Shown in pieces: positions 29,029-40,000 of a stretch of DNA of 64,000 nt. Source of the DNA: Candidatus Kapaibacterium sp. (GTDB lineage Bacteria > Patescibacteriota > Patescibacteriia > UBA9934); contig JBILHA010000001.1 in assembly GCA_044350705.1 (NCBI GenBank), forward strand, positions 426,676 to 490,675, written 5' to 3'. The notes under the pieces were generated by a model. It had not been told where the DNA came from. It searched no databases and was given only the letters and a program-made list of their open reading frames with translations. Position numbers and translations under genes: made by a program. The number at the start of each line of letters is the position of its first letter. Within the stretch, counting starts at the first letter, position 1.

Positions 29029-29235
29029 TTATTGTTTCTTTACCTGCACATCGATGACGTCACCTTTTTTGTAGGTCTCTCCCGTGATTACATTCCCAGG
29101 AGCGCCCTTCACTGATGCGCTCTTCTTTGGACGCGTAAACAATCGCCACAAGAAACGAAGCATGGGCACGACCACGACAGCAACAAACGTCCAGTTCTTT
29201 TTTGCGAGTTTTGCAATGTTTCCAAAGAAGGCCAT
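29029..29235 (-). CDS. Small hypothetical membrane protein
   Basis: 68 aa, single TM, C-terminal DVIDVQ motif, tight operon spacing. Confidence 0.6.
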   Translation of the reverse strand: MAFFGNIAKLAKKNWTFVAVVVVPMLRFLWRLFTRPKKSASVKGAPGNVITGETYKKGDVIDVQVKKQ

Positions 29236-29319
29236 ACGCGCTTGTCAACAAGTTAATTTCAGAGCAAGGTCACCCACTCACTATAATAGATTGTCATTTT
29301 CACGGAAATCACCCTGCCT

Positions 29320-29685
29320 TTATTTCTCTTCCGCCATCCACTGCACCAAGCGTACCGGCTCCCCTCCCTCCATACGCGACCAAAACGTATAGGTTCCTGC
29401 TGCGGATACGGGAATTGCAAAGCGGAGCACGACTTGCGTTGCAGGGCCTTTTACTTTCCCCTTCATGAGGCGTCCTTTTTCGAGGACCACGTTATTTGCG
29501 TCCGTGATGTAGATTTCTAACTCTCCTTCTGCGGGAACATCAGAGAACTTTGCGGCGAGGAATCCTCGTACACCCATAGGTGTGCCTTTCTGGAAGGTGG
29601 TTTTATCAAACACGTGCATGAAGCTATGAAGACCGTTGGTAGACATGGTTGCAAATTCACACAGAAGCGCGTAATCGAGGTGCAT
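29320..29685 (-). CDS. Hypothetical protein (DUF6941-like)
   Basis: LDYALLCEFA...G....VFD...AGTYTF...G pattern. Confidence 0.6.
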   Translation of the reverse strand: MHLDYALLCEFATMSTNGLHSFMHVFDKTTFQKGTPMGVRGFLAAKFSDVPAEGELEIYITDANNVVLEKGRLMKGKVKGPATQVVLRFAIPVSAAGTYTFWSRMEGGEPVRLVQWMAEEK

Positions 29686-29754
29686 AGAGGATGTGAGGGG
29701 GGGATTAGGGGTGTGAAGCAAGAAGTTGAACGTGAATTGGAAGGAGACCGCGTA

Positions 29755-31671
29755 TTACGCTCCAGATGCATCCTTGAAGTCAGCATCCTTTGGACCTTGC
29801 CCTGCATCTTCTGCCTTTGCGTCAGCTGCACCTGCGTCTGCAGAAGCGCCAGCCGCTGCGTCTGCTTGAGGATTCTGTTGATACATCTTTGATCCAATGG
29901 CCTGCGCTGCTTTGTTCAGCTCTTCCGCGGCGTTCTTGATTGCGTCGAGGTCTTCCTTGTCTTTCACTTCCTTGAGTGCCGTCATCTTCGCTTCAAGATC
30001 TTTCTTTTCGTCATCGCTTACTTTGTCTTTGTAATCAACGAGCATCTTTTCAACGGTGTAGATGGTTGCATCTGCAATGTTGCGTGCTTCAATAAGTTCC
30101 TGCTTCTTCTTGTCTTCGGTTGCGTGGTCTTCTGCGTCTTTCTTCATCTTTTCAATTTCTTCCTTTGAAAGACCTGAAGATGACGTAATCGTGATGTCTT
30201 GCGACTTACCGGATGCTTTATCGGTTGCTTTTACTTTGAGAATACCGTTTGCGTCGATGTCGAACGTTACTTCGATCTGAGGAACGCCGCGAGGTGCAGG
30301 AGGGATGCCTTGAAGATCGAATTGTCCAAGGAGCTTGTTGTCACTGAACATCGGACGCTCACCCTGTGCCACGCGAATGGTTACTGCGGGCTGATTATCA
30401 GAAGCCGTGGAGAAAATTTGCGACTTTGATGTCGGGATCGTGGTATTGCGCTCAATGAGCTTTGTAAACACGCTTCCCATCGTTTCGATACCCAGCGAAA
30501 GCGGTGCAACGTCCAAGAGCAGCACGTCCTTTACGTCTCCCTGAAGCACACCTGCCTGTACTGCCGCACCAATTGCTACTACTTCATCAGGGTTTACCGA
30601 TACGTTTGGTTTCTTACCGAAAAAGTCTTCCACCTTCTTCAATACAAGTGGCATGCGGGTCATACCACCCACCATAACAATCTCACCAATATCTCCCGCG
30701 CTCATTTTTGCATCGGCGAGTGCCTTCTTTACTGGTTCGAGGGTCTTTTCAACAAGAGGCGAAACGAGCTCTTCGAGCTTTGCACGAGAAATCGTGAGCG
30801 TGAGGTGCTTTGGACCTTCTGCTCCAGACGTAATGAATGGTTGATTTACTTCTGTTTGCTGAGCGGTAGAGAGCTCAATCTTTGCGCGCTCTGCGGCATC
30901 TTTAATACGCTGCATGGCAAGCGGATCTCCGGAAAGATCAACGCCTTCCTGTTTCTTAAACTCATCCAAGATGTAGCGCATGATCGTAAGATCAAAGTCA
31001 TCACCACCGAGGTGGGTATCACCGTTAGTTGCGAGTACTTCTACGGTTCCTTCGCTTACATCGAGTACCGAAACGTCGAACGTTCCTCCGCCCAAATCGT
31101 AGACGACGATCTTTTGTCCGACTTTCTTATCAAAGCCATATGCAAGCGCTGCGGCGGTTGGCTCGTTGATAATACGGAGCACTTTAAGCCCCGCGATTTC
31201 ACCTGCGTCTTTCGTAGCCTGACGCTGTGCATCGTCAAAGTATGCAGGAACCGTAATGACGGCTTCGGTTACTTTTTCACCAAGCTTTTCTTCTGCGTCT
31301 GCCTTGAGCTTCTGCAGTACCATCGCAGAGATTTCTTGTGGCGTATATTCTTGGTCGCCAAGCTTCACCGCAACACCCTCACCGCGCTTCAAAATTTCAA
31401 ACGGCATGAGCTTGATATCGCGCTGTACTTCCTCATCGGTAAAGCGACGCCCAATCAAACGCTTGATGGAATACAAGGTATTCTTTGGATTTGTTACTGC
31501 TTGGCGCTTTGCAGGTACACCCACGACGCGCTCACCTGCCTTGGTGACACCCACCATGGAAGGCGTGGTGCGCATGCCTTCCTTATTTTCCAATACTTTT
31601 GGCTGACCACCTTCCATCACGGCCATGCAAGAGTTTGTTGTACCAAGGTCGATTCCGAGAATTTTAGACAT
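29755..31671 (-). CDS. dnaK: Molecular chaperone DnaK
   Basis: [52 protein letters not shown]. Confidence 0.98.
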   Translation of the reverse strand: MSKILGIDLGTTNSCMAVMEGGQPKVLENKEGMRTTPSMVGVTKAGERVVGVPAKRQAVTNPKNTLYSIKRLIGRRFTDEEVQRDIKLMPFEILKRGEGVAVKLGDQEYTPQEISAMVLQKLKADAEEKLGEKVTEAVITVPAYFDDAQRQATKDAGEIAGLKVLRIINEPTAAALAYGFDKKVGQKIVVYDLGGGTFDVSVLDVSEGTVEVLATNGDTHLGGDDFDLTIMRYILDEFKKQEGVDLSGDPLAMQRIKDAAERAKIELSTAQQTEVNQPFITSGAEGPKHLTLTISRAKLEELVSPLVEKTLEPVKKALADAKMSAGDIGEIVMVGGMTRMPLVLKKVEDFFGKKPNVSVNPDEVVAIGAAVQAGVLQGDVKDVLLLDVAPLSLGIETMGSVFTKLIERNTTIPTSKSQIFSTASDNQPAVTIRVAQGERPMFSDNKLLGQFDLQGIPPAPRGVPQIEVTFDIDANGILKVKATDKASGKSQDITITSSSGLSKEEIEKMKKDAEDHATEDKKKQELIEARNIADATIYTVEKMLVDYKDKVSDDEKKDLEAKMTALKEVKDKEDLDAIKNAAEELNKAAQAIGSKMYQQNPQADAAAGASADAGAADAKAEDAGQGPKDADFKDASGA

Positions 31672-31677
31672 ATGATG

Positions 31678-32010
31678 TTATGAACTTGATTGAGTGAAAG
31701 ATTCTTCTTTTTTAGGTGCCCACAAGAGCATAATTTTTATGACACACGCAAGGTCGAGCGAGAGTGCGATGGCGATCACTGCCCAACGCGCATCTTCGAA
31801 TGCGGTCATGCTCATCATTTCTTTTTCAAACGTTCCTATGAGCGTTTCCACCGTGAGGACCGGTGGGAAGCATTTTGCCGCGGGTGGGCACGTGTAGTCT
31901 TCCGGATAACTTGGTGTTGCCGTGAACGCAAGTACCGCAACAACTGCACATACCGTGCTTGCAAGCGCAAGCATGACCGTCTTCCTCTGCCTCTCTTCTT
32001 CTTGCGCCAT
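31678..32010 (-). CDS. Hypothetical two-TM protein between grpE and dnaK
   Basis: Tight spacing (2 and 6 nt); TM - CPPAAKC loop - TM. Confidence 0.65.
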   Translation of the reverse strand: MAQEEERQRKTVMLALASTVCAVVAVLAFTATPSYPEDYTCPPAAKCFPPVLTVETLIGTFEKEMMSMTAFEDARWAVIAIALSLDLACVIKIMLLWAPKKEESFTQSSS

Positions 32011-32012
32011 AG

Positions 32013-32528
32013 TTATTCACTTACGACGACTTTGCTTGGTCGAAGGACTACATCGCCGAGCCTCCACCCCTTGATGAGTTCTTCGAGCACCGTTCCCTCG
32101 GCGACCCCCTCCTCATGGCGAGCAGAAGCGGCTTCGTGGAGTTTTGCATCGAACGGCTTTCCTACGGCTTCGATCGGTTCGACGCCCATGTTTTTGAGCG
32201 CCTCCGTGAATTGCCGATCGATATGCGTAATGCCACTTGCCCATGCGGTGAATTTTTTCTGGAATTCCTCTCCGCATGTCGTGACGTCGGGAATATGCTT
32301 TGTCACGTATCCGAAGTTGTCGACGACCGCGAGAAGATGTTCCGCAAGATTTGCACGTACACGCCGACGATCTTCATCACGTTGTTCCGCGAGGCGCTTC
32401 TGCATGTTTTCGTAATCAGCGCGTGCGCGTTGCCAGCCAAGAAGATATTCGTCGCGTTCTTTTTTTATTTGTTCGAGGGCGTCTTCCATGGAAAGGCCGG
32501 GAGTGGGGTTTTGCTGTTCGTCGGACAT
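32013..32528 (-). CDS. grpE: Nucleotide exchange factor GrpE
   Basis: WQRARADYEN, VVDNF, FDAKLHEA, GWRLGDVVLRPSKVVV. Confidence 0.95.
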   Translation of the reverse strand: MSDEQQNPTPGLSMEDALEQIKKERDEYLLGWQRARADYENMQKRLAEQRDEDRRRVRANLAEHLLAVVDNFGYVTKHIPDVTTCGEEFQKKFTAWASGITHIDRQFTEALKNMGVEPIEAVGKPFDAKLHEAASARHEEGVAEGTVLEELIKGWRLGDVVLRPSKVVVSE

Positions 32529-32534
32529 AGCATG

Positions 32535-33254
32535 TTATGTCAATAATTTTTTATCTCCCTCAATAATCTTTTTTGCCTGGGAAAGGATCGCCATATTTTT
32601 TGGGTAGTCCATGCGCATCGGCCCGATAATGGACATCACACCTTGCGTTCCGTCGGGCAATCGATGACGCACTACCACCGAGGCAAGATCAGGGCCGAGC
32701 GGATTTTCCATACCGAGCACCACCTTTACATCGTCGCCCGCTACTCTGAGCATTTTTTGGAGCGCTCCGTCGAAGCGTTCAAAGGCTTTTGCCAGCCCTT
32801 CAATCGCTTCATCGGTGCGAAAGTCCGGCTTACGCAGCAAGTTTCCTACGCCTACGGTTGCGCTCCAGGGGCGTGACGTTGCCACCATCACTGCTTCACC
32901 TGATGCTTGGGCAACATCTTTTGCGAGCGCATGAAGACGCTCTTCCATCGTCGGCGCGCGCGTAATGCGCTGGATGGTAATGGTGACGTTCATGACCGTC
33001 CGCTTTTGTGCTTCTTTGGAAAGGTTTGCGATGTAATAGCGATATGCTTTCTCTGTAGGAATACGTCCGGCCGAGGTATGCGGCTGCACGATAAATGCCT
33101 GCGCCTCAAGCTCTGCCATGTAATTCCGCACCGTCGCCGAAGAAACCGTGAGACCGAAGGTGTCGCACAGTTCTTTCGAGCTCACCGGTTGGGCCGTTTG
33201 TACGTACCGCTCCACGATGAGCTTGAGCAATTGCGCTAAGCGAGGTTCGAGCAT
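32535..33254 (-). CDS. hrcA: Heat-inducible repressor HrcA (short form)
   Basis: QPVSS, SSATVRNYMAELE, QPHTSAGRIPT, IIGPMRMDY. Confidence 0.93.
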   Translation of the reverse strand: MLEPRLAQLLKLIVERYVQTAQPVSSKELCDTFGLTVSSATVRNYMAELEAQAFIVQPHTSAGRIPTEKAYRYYIANLSKEAQKRTVMNVTITIQRITRAPTMEERLHALAKDVAQASGEAVMVATSRPWSATVGVGNLLRKPDFRTDEAIEGLAKAFERFDGALQKMLRVAGDDVKVVLGMENPLGPDLASVVVRHRLPDGTQGVMSIIGPMRMDYPKNMAILSQAKKIIEGDKKLLT

Positions 33255-33270
33255 AGTGAAGAAATACCCG

Positions 33271-33311
33271 TGTCATTCCGACGATAGGAGGAATCTCCCA
33301 CTGGGAATGAC
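33271..33311. repeat. REP-like palindrome (TGTCATTCC...GGAATGAC) in the hrcA leader
   Basis: GTCATTCC/GGAATGAC inverted arms; same TGTCAT-type start as the cysS elements. Confidence 0.55.
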
Positions 33312-33337
33312 GGTGCTATCCCTGGCATAAAAAGAAA

Positions 33338-33364
33338 TTAGCACTCATTATTATAGAGTGCTAA
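33338..33364. promoter_or_regulatory. CIRCE operator (HrcA binding site)
   Basis: Perfect TTAGCACTC-N9-GAGTGCTAA upstream of hrcA. Confidence 0.97.
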
Positions 33365-33394
33365 TCACACCTGTCAAGACGGTTTTACGCACGT

Positions 33395-34024
33395 CTAGAC
33401 AGCTCTCTTACTCGCCTTTTTTAGATCATATTGGCGCTCTGCGCGCTCCTGCGCACGCCGTGCCTCCGCTTCAGATCCGGTTCTGCGATACGCTTCACTA
33501 AAGGCGCGTACACCTTCCATACGCCGTTCGCCCTCGCTCCAACGTGCCTCTTGCTCACTCTTTCCACGTTCATCAAGCTCCTCTTGAGCGCGCTGTTTTG
33601 CTTCCGTGAGTTTTTTCATCCGATCAACGCTCGATACTCTCCCTTCCTGACGAGGCATGCGAGATGCTCCCTGTATGACCCGCACTTCTCCCGCATGATT
33701 CTTCTGCATACGCTCCATCTGAATCATCTGTTCATTCGACCATCCCGCATTTCGCAACACCGCCTCACCTTCTTCAGTGATATTTCCCTGTTCGTCAAAA
33801 ATATCGCCTCGCTCGGCAAGCTCTTGTCGGCGTGCTTCCCACGGATCTTGCACCTCTTCTTCTCGTCCCGCCTCTCTCCGCTCCTCCGCTCGCGCTTGCG
33901 CTTCACGTGCTTCACGTTCAGCACGTACCCGAGGGTTCTCTCGTGCAACGCCCATTTGCGGCTGCGTTTCTTGTGATCGACCGCGATGAACCGGTCCCCA
34001 TTTCGGCATTCCATCCATGACCAT
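33395..34024 (-). CDS. Hypothetical highly charged (Arg/Glu) protein
   Basis: 209-aa ORF, coiled-coil-like composition. Confidence 0.6.
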   Translation of the reverse strand: MVMDGMPKWGPVHRGRSQETQPQMGVARENPRVRAEREAREAQARAEERREAGREEEVQDPWEARRQELAERGDIFDEQGNITEEGEAVLRNAGWSNEQMIQMERMQKNHAGEVRVIQGASRMPRQEGRVSSVDRMKKLTEAKQRAQEELDERGKSEQEARWSEGERRMEGVRAFSEAYRRTGSEAEARRAQERAERQYDLKKASKRAV

Positions 34025-34034
34025 ATTATGCTTC

Positions 34035-35690
34035 TCAAGTTTGATATTTTTTTGCCATCTCCTGCCAACCGCGCTTGGTGAGTTTCGCCTTCTTCAAGAG
34101 TCCTGCGAAATGCGCACCGCCAAGAATCGAAGGGATGATGACGAAACTTGCTCCTAAAGCATAACATCGTGCGGCGTCATCGGAATGCTTTGCGGTGACC
34201 ACGACGAGCGCTTTAGATTTTCGTGCCCGCACATAATCGAGAATATCCGCATTCACCGCCATGTCCGGAATGGTGGAGATGATCATTTTTGCTTCATCTA
34301 CCCGCGCAAGTTTGAGTACCTCTTCACTTCCTGCATCGCCATAGAGCACCGGAATATCTCGATGCTTGAGATCTTCTACGATACTTGGATTAAAGTCGAT
34401 TACTTTGTAACGCGAGGTTACTTCCTCAACCATCGGGAAAATTTCTCGCCCCATGCGATCGAAGCCGAGCAGAATGATCTGCGCCGCATGTTCGCTCATC
34501 GGCTCTTCATCGTGATGGCCGTGACGCAAAAAAGCAATATGACGCGCGAGGAATTCAAAGATGCGTTCGTTGTAGGTAATGAGGTATGAGGAAATGGCAA
34601 TCGTGAACAGTCCCACGATCGTCGCCAGAGGCAACGCTGTTTCTGCCACCAAGCCTGCCGCGATTCCTCCCGCAATGAGGATAAATGAGAATTCACTGAT
34701 CTGCGCGACCGTCGTTCCAGACAAGAATCCGGTTCTTGGGTGGTACCCCATGAGCTTCATGATCAGCATGACAATCAGCGGATTTCCCACAAGCACAAAT
34801 GCCGAGAAGATGATGCCGGGCACGATGAGTGATCCGAGCGAATCAAAGCCCAGGTGCGTGCCTAATACAATAAAGAAAATGACGAGGAAGAAATCGCGAA
34901 CAAAACGGATCTTTGATTCGATCTCGTGTTGAAATCCCGAACCTGCAAGCGCAATGCCTGCCATGAGCGCACCGATTTCAACACCGAACCCCAAGAGCTG
35001 CAATCCACCCGCTACCGCAAAACACCACGAAATGGCTATCAGGAAAAGGAGCTCTTGGTTTTTCGCCGCAAAGGTGAACAGTCGGGGAACCGCAAACTTC
35101 GCAAAGAACCACAATACAGCCACTGCGGCAATTGCCTTCGTTAGAGAAGTCGTGATCATCGCAGAGATCGTACCTCCATCCGCATATGCTGAGAGAATGA
35201 GCAGCAGCACCATGGCCATGAGGTCTTGTACGATAAGCGCGCCTACCGCAATGCGTCCGTACAAACGATCAATATCTTCCTTATCGGTGAGCATCTTCAC
35301 GATAATAATCGTTGAAGAAAACGCGAAGCCTACGGCAATAAACGCGCTCGTCCATCCATCAAATCCAAGTAATCGTCCCATGCCCCACCCTATTGCCGAA
35401 GTCATGAGCATCTGCGCAACACCAGCAGCAACCGCAACAAATCCGACATCTTTAATGTTCTTCCAATTGAGATTCAGTCCCACGATAAACAACAGAAAGG
35501 CGACTCCCACGCGCGAAAGCGTTTCAAAAACTTCTGCAGATTGTGCGAATCCGAGCGCCGCAGGCCCCACAATGATGCCGGTGAGAATGTATGCAATGAC
35601 GAGCGGCTGCCGAAATACGTAAGCAATCAGCGAGAGCGCGCCGGCCGTCATCATGACTGCCGCGATTTCAAGAAAGAGTTCTGAGAACAT
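34035..35690 (-). CDS. Cation:proton antiporter (Kef/CPA2) with C-terminal TrkA-N domain
   Basis: RQP..IAYI.TG, SSTIIIVK, IVQD, QISEFSFI, LGFDRMG, YGDA. Confidence 0.92.
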   Translation of the reverse strand: MFSELFLEIAAVMMTAGALSLIAYVFRQPLVIAYILTGIIVGPAALGFAQSAEVFETLSRVGVAFLLFIVGLNLNWKNIKDVGFVAVAAGVAQMLMTSAIGWGMGRLLGFDGWTSAFIAVGFAFSSTIIIVKMLTDKEDIDRLYGRIAVGALIVQDLMAMVLLLILSAYADGGTISAMITTSLTKAIAAVAVLWFFAKFAVPRLFTFAAKNQELLFLIAISWCFAVAGGLQLLGFGVEIGALMAGIALAGSGFQHEIESKIRFVRDFFLVIFFIVLGTHLGFDSLGSLIVPGIIFSAFVLVGNPLIVMLIMKLMGYHPRTGFLSGTTVAQISEFSFILIAGGIAAGLVAETALPLATIVGLFTIAISSYLITYNERIFEFLARHIAFLRHGHHDEEPMSEHAAQIILLGFDRMGREIFPMVEEVTSRYKVIDFNPSIVEDLKHRDIPVLYGDAGSEEVLKLARVDEAKMIISTIPDMAVNADILDYVRARKSKALVVVTAKHSDDAARCYALGASFVIIPSILGGAHFAGLLKKAKLTKRGWQEMAKKYQT

Positions 35691-35933
35691 AGCTATGCAG
35701 AAGTATAGCAAGCACTCAGAAATCAGCATTTTTATTTGATTTCTTTTCTTTTTTTTGCTATCATCTATTCCCCATGTTTCCCGGAGATCACATGGCCTTT
35801 CTGGCGAGAATGCTCGTAGTTGAGGGCATCATCTTCAACGGCCTTGCGGGTGAGGCCGCATGCTTCCTTGGACTCGTTCTCTTGGGACTCGTTCTCTTGT
35901 TTACCGCTTCCGCTTCTTGCCATGGGAGCCTTC

Positions 35934-36209
35934 ATGTCGCACAACCTGCAGAGCATCATCGAAGTCCTTCAGGAGTTTGGATACCAACTCCGACGGCGCC
36001 CAGATTCTGCGCTCACCCCGCCGCTCATAATCGTCGTGAGGCAGTTCGGCGGTCGCGAGGAACAAGTGAACCGAGGTAGCGCTATACTGCTCACCAGCCA
36101 AAATGAAGCCAAGTCGGAAGTCTGTTTCGTTACCGAACAAGGCATCCGACTCAGGGGCCTCGAGCGTCGCTATGCAGAAATAGCGAGAAGCGCCTCAGGA
36201 ACCCCCTGA
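35934..36209 (+). CDS. Hypothetical protein
   Basis: GGGAG SD before MSHNLQSIIEV; followed by terminator CCCGCCTA..TAGGCGGG-T tract. Confidence 0.45.
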   Translation: MSHNLQSIIEVLQEFGYQLRRRPDSALTPPLIIVVRQFGGREEQVNRGSAILLTSQNEAKSEVCFVTEQGIRLRGLERRYAEIARSASGTP

Positions 36210-36266
36210 GGATCGCTCGTGCGCCTGACCCGCCTAATCTCTAGGCGGGATTCTTTTTTTATACCG

Positions 36267-36869
36267 TTACGCCGACATTGCCGCTGACAGCGGGTGCCAA
36301 CGGCGGATGTCGTGTGTTGGGCGAATCATGCCCTTATGATGCGCGGCGGCAAGCACTGCACGAATACATGCGTAATCTTCCGGGAAATGATGCGTGCCCG
36401 CAAACCACGTTTCTGGCGCCTGCGCATAGGCGCTCATAATTTCCTGCGGATGCATCCATGCAAATGTTTCTACTTCACCTGGCTGCGGCGTAAATGCATC
36501 TAGCGGCGCATCGTGGTGTACCACAACATCCATAACCCACAACCGTGCACGCGTGAGCTTACTTGTTCTCCATGGTAAAAATGCGTGCTCTGCCAACGCA
36601 ACACCTGCTTCTTCTTCCAATTCTTTCTGTGCGTTACTCAAAAAATACTCTCCCGCGCCCACATGACCCCCCAAATGCGTGGACCATCCTCCCGGCAAAC
36701 GCTCCTTCTGCAACGAACGCTGATGACACAGTATCTGACCTGCGCTATTTACCACGTAGACATTTGTTGACTGGCACCATGCACCCTGCGCAATCGCTTC
36801 ATGACGAGGCAAGCTGTACCCGAGTGGAGTTCCTGTTTGTTCGCACACAATTTCTAACTGTTCCGACAT
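36267..36869 (-). CDS. NUDIX hydrolase (IPP isomerase type 1-like)
   Basis: HQRSLQKERLPGGW..GGHVGAGE....AQKELEEEAG, QPGEVE. Confidence 0.85.
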   Translation of the reverse strand: MSEQLEIVCEQTGTPLGYSLPRHEAIAQGAWCQSTNVYVVNSAGQILCHQRSLQKERLPGGWSTHLGGHVGAGEYFLSNAQKELEEEAGVALAEHAFLPWRTSKLTRARLWVMDVVVHHDAPLDAFTPQPGEVETFAWMHPQEIMSAYAQAPETWFAGTHHFPEDYACIRAVLAAAHHKGMIRPTHDIRRWHPLSAAMSA

Positions 36870-37098
36870 AGAAAAAATGAAAAATAAAACATCGTATAAA
36901 AACGACGTTTTTTTTCATCAGATATCTTCTCCACACTTGCACCAACGTCCGGCGCAAGGCCGGACAAGAAGTGTGACGTTATATCCGACGAATATGTTCG
37001 TCTTTTTATACAGAAGAAAGTATACCCAATCTCTCTTTTTTTCAAAAAAATGCCCTTTTTTTCATGCTACACTTTCTCTACGCTTTATTATCTTTTCT

Positions 37099-40000
37099 GT
37101 GCAAAAACAAACCTTTTTATCAGCGTTCTTTCTTGGTTTCTTCTCCGCCTTGTGCACGCTCCTCTTCCCTGCCACTACGCTTGCTGCTCCCGACTACCTT
37201 ACCGATGGCTCGGAACTTCTTTTCCCCTATTCATTCCTCGAACCTGAAACTTCCTGGAGAATAGATACAAGTACCACGGGTAGTGCAACGATTACGAGCA
37301 TCTCTCCCGACTTTGTTGGCCCAAGTGATACCGGCGTTTTAAGTACCGAGGGCTGGACAGAAGGTATTTCCGAAAGTATTGATGATGGCTTTTTCCCCGT
37401 TCCTCTTCCTGAGAGTATCTTTTTTAATGGATCTTCTACCGACACCGTATGGTTCGGCTCGAATAGTTATATTTTTTTTGATGGAGGGTCTACTGAATAC
37501 GAGAGCCTTACGTTTGATAATCCTGCTCGCGCTGGTATTTCTCTTTGCGCAAACGATCATTCCTATCAGCGACTGCTCTATCGTACGGAGGTGGGAACTA
37601 ACAATGTTCGCGTTCGCTATGAAGGTACCGCAAGTACCATTGGCGATATTGGCCTTCCTGACATTGTTTATGAAGCAGTGTTTTATGAAGGCGAATCCTA
37701 TTTCGACCTTCATGTTGGACATCATGCAGGCTGTAATGGGAGCGTCCTCGATCCCGAGATTCGCGGACGAACAAGTGAGGACTACATCCTCACCGCTTCA
37801 ACGGGTACATGGTCTTACAGCGATGCTCCTCTTGATTTTTCCTATCAATGGCTTCGCTATAACAATGACACGAGTACATGGGATGAAATTTCTGGAGCTA
37901 CAAGCCAGCAATACCTTCTTACACCTGATGATGCCGGAGTAGCCATTACCGTTGAAGTTGTCTCTTTCGATCCTGAGTCTGGGCCCTCTGGAAGAACTGC
38001 TGAACCAACTGCTCCCATTACCGAAGTACACCTCATTTCTACCTGTGAAGAACTTCAGGCATCTGACGATGGTCTTCATGGGCTCCCAAGCGACGTGTAT
38101 CGACTCGCCAATAGCATTGACTGTACCGGAGTTGAAATGGACCCTTTGTGGCCCTCTGGATTTTCTGGAGTTTTTGATGGAGACGAGTACACTATTTCTG
38201 GTATCTCTCTTTCCGGCGGAGATAATACCGCGCTTTTCTCCAACTCCGACGGCGCTGAATTTTTTGACCTGACACTTTCTGGCTCGGTAGCCAGTACCGG
38301 CCACTATACCGGTGCGTTAGTTGGGGAGGCGTACAATACTTCGTTTTCAAATATTACGAGTACCGTAGAAATTTATGCGGGCGCAAACCATGTTGGCGGT
38401 ATTGCCGGCTTTGCACATTACGATACTGATGGAACCTATACACTTACTAATCTCTCCGTAGAAGCAGACATCTATCTTCCACTCCATGGATCGTCGATCG
38501 GTGGTATTTTTGGCTATCTTGGTGAAGGCATTGATGGAACCGAGATTTCTGTCACGCTCGATAACGCGCAGTTTGTCGGATCAATATCTGGCGACAATGA
38601 AGGCGGGTATCAGCTCACCGAAGTTGGTGGACTCATTGGTTATGTACAAATCTATAAAGATAACGACGGCGATCATCATTTCACGATTCAAAACAGTTCA
38701 ACTTCTGGTTCTGGCATTTCTGCTTACTTTTCTGCCGGTGGTCTTGTGGGTCGGCTGGTGAGCGAAAACTACACCTCGTCATTTACTCGTGAACGTTCAC
38801 CTTCAACGATTTCCATTCTCTCCTCTTCATCGAGCATGCCTATTCAGGTTAGTTCGAGTCGTGGCGGTGGACTCATAGGTTATGTGCACATGTACAACGA
38901 GGGCGTTTCTGATCAAGCCATTTCTTTTGATGATACAAGTGCAACTGGAAATGTAACCGGGGGAATTTTCGCTGGAGGACTCCTTGGAACCATTGATATC
39001 AACATCCAAAATAGTGGAGCTTCAAATACACTTGATATCACAAACTCATTTGCTACAGGCGCGGTTACGGGATCGGGATTCATTGGAGGATTTCTCGGAG
39101 GATCGTACGATGAGCACAATGACATCTTCGTTGCAGGCACTGAACGCAGCGTTACATTCACCAATACGTATGCAACCGGTGACGTTGTAGGATCTCTCGA
39201 CAGTGACGATGTCTACTTCGTGGGCGGCTTTGCCGGATCCCTCTACTGCACTTCAAGCGATATCCGTGAAGGGCAAAAGGTTTGCGAAATACATGAGTCG
39301 TATGCCTCCGGTGACGTTACGGGAAACCTTCTTGGAGGAAGCTGGAATGTTGGTGGATTTTTTGGAGCGCTTTCTGACTCTATCACTCTTCGTGATTCCT
39401 ATGCACAAGGCGATATTTCAGGATATCAGCACGTGGGAGGATTTGCTGGCGTTGTACAGGAAGCTTACGACGGTATGTCTATCGAGCGTGTATATAGCTC
39501 GGGAATGGTCGCGTCGTCTGAGTTAAATTCTTATGCACTCGGCGGACTCTTTGGATATACCGACAATACCTTTATCACTCTCCGCAATGCATTTACTACC
39601 TCACCCGTAGTCGACGCCCTTACCGGCGCAACACAACTTGGTATGTGCGTGGGAAGCATGGGCACGGAAATATTTATCGAAAATACTGAATACGTTGCAG
39701 GAAGCTACTCGGGATCGGGAGGGGGAGATTTGGACGGATGTACCTCCGTTGATGATGCGTCGTACTTTTATCAAAGCGATTATTCCTTCTTGAGTTCCTG
39801 GGATTTTTCTATAGTTTGGCGTGAAAATCCAGATCAACTCCCTACTTTGCGCGCAAGTTCAGAAGAAATGGGAGATATCACTCCTCCAACCCTCTCACTC
39901 ATTCGTCCCTTGAGCGATACCATTGTCGTTGACTGGGATCCGTCGGTAGATTGGGGCGATTCTGCGGCGTGCTCATACTCGTATGACGATGAAGTCTATA

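Noticed and set aside
35774-36079. 101-aa ORF with a GGACTCGTTCTCTTG tandem duplication
   Set aside because: It overlaps the better-supported 35934 ORF; cannot decide whether its hydrophobic 5' part is a real gene
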